Shown here: positions 61,761 through 64,000 of the stretch, piece after piece | Layout of the letters: every line of letters starts with the position of its first letter | How positions within the stretch are numbered: position 1 is the first letter of the stretch | IMG/VR virus record: IMGVR_UViG_3300034072_002211 | Location: 186,001-250,000 of that record | DNA length: 64,000 nucleotides | Reading direction: 5' to 3' (one strand) | Translations under genes and position numbers: made by a program | Notes under the pieces: model-generated | What the model was told of the DNA's origin: nothing | The model's input: the letters and a program-made list of their open reading frames with translations, nothing else | Databases searched by the model: none

Positions 61761-62357
61761 TCAGCCGACCTTGACGGTGAGCTGGGCTTCGAGGTAAATC
61801 TTCTCGCTATGGCCGAGCGAGACGCCATCGGAACCACCGCCCTTGGACGTGCTCTCCAGCATCATTGCGGATGCTGCATAGCTGGCACCACGCGCGTTGC
61901 TCATGATGTCGCGAGCGATTGCCTCACCGAACTCGATGCGCGTCACAGTGCCGCTCAGCTTCTCGGCTTCGGCCTTGGCCTTCTCGATGAGTGCAACACG
62001 GAGATCGCTCTCGGCCTTGCGCTTCTCATGGAGCGGGATGCTGGCGTCGATGTTGTTGATTGCGATGGTCAGCTTGCCCTGCTCGCTCAGCTGGTCGCAC
62101 TTCAGTGCCAGCTGGTCGTTCTGCGTGGCGTCGATGCGGGTCGAAGCCTGAACACGGAACGTGAAGCCATCGGGCTGGTAGGTGAAGTTGCTGAAAGCCC
62201 AGCTGACTTCCGGGAAGAGCTTCTTGGCCAGTTCGAGGGCCGCAGCTTCGAGGGCCGGACGATCCTGGCCATTGACGACGCCCTGGATCCAGGCGCTGAT
62301 CTTCACGGTGGTATTGGTGATCGTGACCTCGTCGGTCATGTTGAATTTGATCTTCAT
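61761..62357 (-). CDS. SIMPL (DUF541)-like protein
   Basis: LRVALIEKAKAEAEKL...I.F.E...A..M.....L..V. Confidence 0.6.
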   Translation of the reverse strand: MKIKFNMTDEVTITNTTVKISAWIQGVVNGQDRPALEAAALELAKKLFPEVSWAFSNFTYQPDGFTFRVQASTRIDATQNDQLALKCDQLSEQGKLTIAINNIDASIPLHEKRKAESDLRVALIEKAKAEAEKLSGTVTRIEFGEAIARDIMSNARGASYAASAMMLESTSKGGGSDGVSLGHSEKIYLEAQLTVKVG

Positions 62358-62450
62358 GGATTGCTCCCGCGCGTGATTGCGACTTCGTCTATGCGCGAGC
62401 TCATGCCGAAAAGTCAAGGAAATGGCGGCGTTTCCGCCGCCATTACCGTC

Positions 62451-62762
62451 TTACTTTTTGATCTTGCCGCCGCAACCAATGATGCCAGCTTCCAGGGCAA
62501 TGATGTATGCCTGTTGCTGAGCAATGGTTTCCCTCATAGCAGCCGTCTGTTCTTCCAAGGGCTTACCCTGCTCCATGGAATCCAGTTTGACCTTTGCGCG
62601 TTCGATTTCGACCGTGCAGAGAACTGGGACGGGAATGTTCTGAGTTACGACTTCGGTGTTCTTTGGTGGATTAGGGAGCCTTATGTCTTCCTTCTGACCA
62701 CAAGCTGCCAAGGACATCAGGACAGCGATAGCTAGAATCTTCTTCACTTTGCTTTCCTCCAA
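62451..62762 (-). CDS. o-spanin (Rz1-like lipoprotein)
   Basis: lipobox LAAC, Pro-rich segment, overlaps the 3' end of the i-spanin. Confidence 0.75.
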   Translation of the reverse strand: MEESKVKKILAIAVLMSLAACGQKEDIRLPNPPKNTEVVTQNIPVPVLCTVEIERAKVKLDSMEQGKPLEEQTAAMRETIAQQQAYIIALEAGIIGCGGKIKK

Positions 62763-63274
62763 TCCTTGATGAACTCGTCGTTCGTAGCCTGCTCACGATC
62801 AATACGTTCCTGTGCGGGCTTTGTGTGATCGTTGGCGCGACCATAATCGCGACCCAGCTGCTCGAACTTTGCTTTGTCCTTCTCAGCCCTGCGACCCGCA
62901 GCTTGTGCGTTTGCGAGGGCACGATCAGCGGCCTTCTTCAGATCTGCCACTGCTTCGTTGGACCTCTTGATTGAGGTCTGGTGGTTCTTCTTCTCGGTGT
63001 CAAGGGCCTGAACGTATTCCTTGAGGATCTTATCCTGGCCCTTGATGAAGAGGATCTTCTCTTCAACAATCTTGCGCGTTTCTACGAGCTCCTGGTTTGT
63101 GCCGTAAGCATACCAACCAGCGTAGATGAGAGCGAGGGACAGGACGATCGTCAGAAACTGGAATGGCTTAGCAACGGCAAACTTGAAGATGCCCTTGATA
63201 ACGTCCCAGGCAAAGCCCAGAAGCATCTTACCAAATCCCAGACCCTTGAGCAGAATGCTTAGAGCAATGCCCAT
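62744..63274 (-). CDS. i-spanin (Rz-like)
   Basis: N-terminal TM plus periplasmic coiled coil; followed by a lipoprotein. Confidence 0.7.
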   Translation of the reverse strand: MGIALSILLKGLGFGKMLLGFAWDVIKGIFKFAVAKPFQFLTIVLSLALIYAGWYAYGTNQELVETRKIVEEKILFIKGQDKILKEYVQALDTEKKNHQTSIKRSNEAVADLKKAADRALANAQAAGRRAEKDKAKFEQLGRDYGRANDHTKPAQERIDREQATNDEFIKDWRKAK

Positions 63275-63308
63275 GGTGATCTCCTAAATAGAGGTGTGTA
63301 GTGTGTCC

Positions 63309-63316
63309 CCTATTTA
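63309..63316 (-). promoter_or_regulatory. putative late promoter TAAATAGG
   Basis: directly upstream of the spanin pair. Confidence 0.55.
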
Positions 63317-63333
63317 CCGAGAAGTCATGGAAA

Positions 63334-63357
63334 TGGGGAGAGGTTTCCCTCTCCCCA
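63334..63357 (-). terminator. intrinsic terminator
   Basis: TGGGGAGAGG/CCTCTCCCCA. Confidence 0.7.
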
Positions 63358-63367
63358 CCTTTAACGA

Positions 63368-64000
63368 TTAGCGGCCAGTGTCGCCGGCCTGCTCCTCGTT
63401 CGTGAAGTTGCTCGTGCGAGCAATCACGTTGTCGACCAGCGCGTTGTCGACCTGGTTGCCCTTGGCGCGGGCCAGCTTGATCGCCAGCTTGATCACGTTC
63501 TTGATCTGGCGACCGTTGAGGTCGTGCTCTGCGAGCTTGTCCAGATCCAGGCCAGTGACGCCAGCCGCCGAGGTCAGGTTGGTCCAGATCGCACGGCGTT
63601 TGTCCACCGTCGCGTCGCCGAAGCGCAGACCAATGCTGATACGCGAGTAGAACGCCTTGTCGATGTTCTTCACGCGGTTGGTGGTCAGGAACAGAACACC
63701 CTGGTGGTATTCCAGCAAGCGCAGGAACACGCCGACCATTGCGTTGCGGACGATGTCCTTCTCGTCGCGCTCCTCGAGGAAGATGTCTGCCTCGTCGAGC
63801 AGCAGAACCGCATTCCAGACCGTAGCAACGTCCAGGATCTCGCGCAGAGTATCCTCGAGCGAGTCTGGCGAAGTGCCCAGCTCACCGACCGAGATGCTGT
63901 AGAGCGGACGCTGAAGCTCTTCCGCGATTGCTTCCGCGGTCAGCGTCTTACCCTGACCCGGCGGGCCATGGAGCAGGAAGATCGAGCCGCCGCCCTTGCC
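63368..64000 (-). CDS. AAA+ ATPase (partial; begins beyond the window)
   Basis: in-frame extension: LLHGPPGQGKTLTAE, VLLLDEAD, FLTTNR, DKAFYSRI. Confidence 0.9.
   Translation of the reverse strand, partial: GKGGGSIFLLHGPPGQGKTLTAEAIAEELQRPLYSISVGELGTSPDSLEDTLREILDVATVWNAVLLLDEADIFLEERDEKDIVRNAMVGVFLRLLEYHQGVLFLTTNRVKNIDKAFYSRISIGLRFGDATVDKRRAIWTNLTSAAGVTGLDLDKLAEHDLNGRQIKNVIKLAIKLARAKGNQVDNALVDNVIARTSNFTNEEQAGDTGR

Noticed and set aside
1-64000. Prophage or host chromosome origin
   Set aside because: No integrase, repressor-antirepressor switch or housekeeping operons; the uniform small-gene early-region architecture fits a lytic large phage, although the rest of the genome is not visible.

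Overview
The window looks like part of a large lytic dsDNA phage genome with an alphaproteobacterial host. The host call is an inference from a class I LysRS, a NepR-like peptide, a CtrA box and sigma70-type TTGAC-N16/17-GCTANA promoters; the NepR-like sequence resembles sphingomonad NepR as I recall it. About 130 mostly small genes run almost entirely on the minus strand. Many are single-gene or short cassettes, each headed by a repeated 40-70 bp element with -35/-10 boxes, an ACCAGT/ACTGGT inverted repeat and an AGGAGATCG ribosome-binding site. Genes recognisable from motifs: J-like/NMNAT/PRTase fusion, NadE, 2OG-Fe(II) oxygenase, class I LysRS, Pth2, YqeY, two HD hydrolases, GNAT, stand-alone PolA-type 3'-5' exonuclease, 2H phosphoesterase, ParB-like protein, SF2 helicase, AAA+ ATPase, spanin pair, an outer-membrane beta-barrel, and a low-GC plus-strand tail-fibre island. 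Reading below the ORF-track cut-off gave a 30-aa NepR-like anti-sigma mimic and a Bfd-like ferredoxin; a 53-aa Flp-pilin-like protein sits inside a longer track ORF. Four promoter-bearing intergenic regions look like structured ncRNAs (about 5.35-5.55 kb, 49.34-49.64 kb with a clear pseudoknot, and two at 60.9-61.7 kb). There is also an aberrant tRNA-like element and an AT-rich 12-bp tandem-repeat locus. No rRNA, CRISPR array, integrase or transposase was seen. All protein family calls come from motif recognition by eye; no database searches or folding programs were run.
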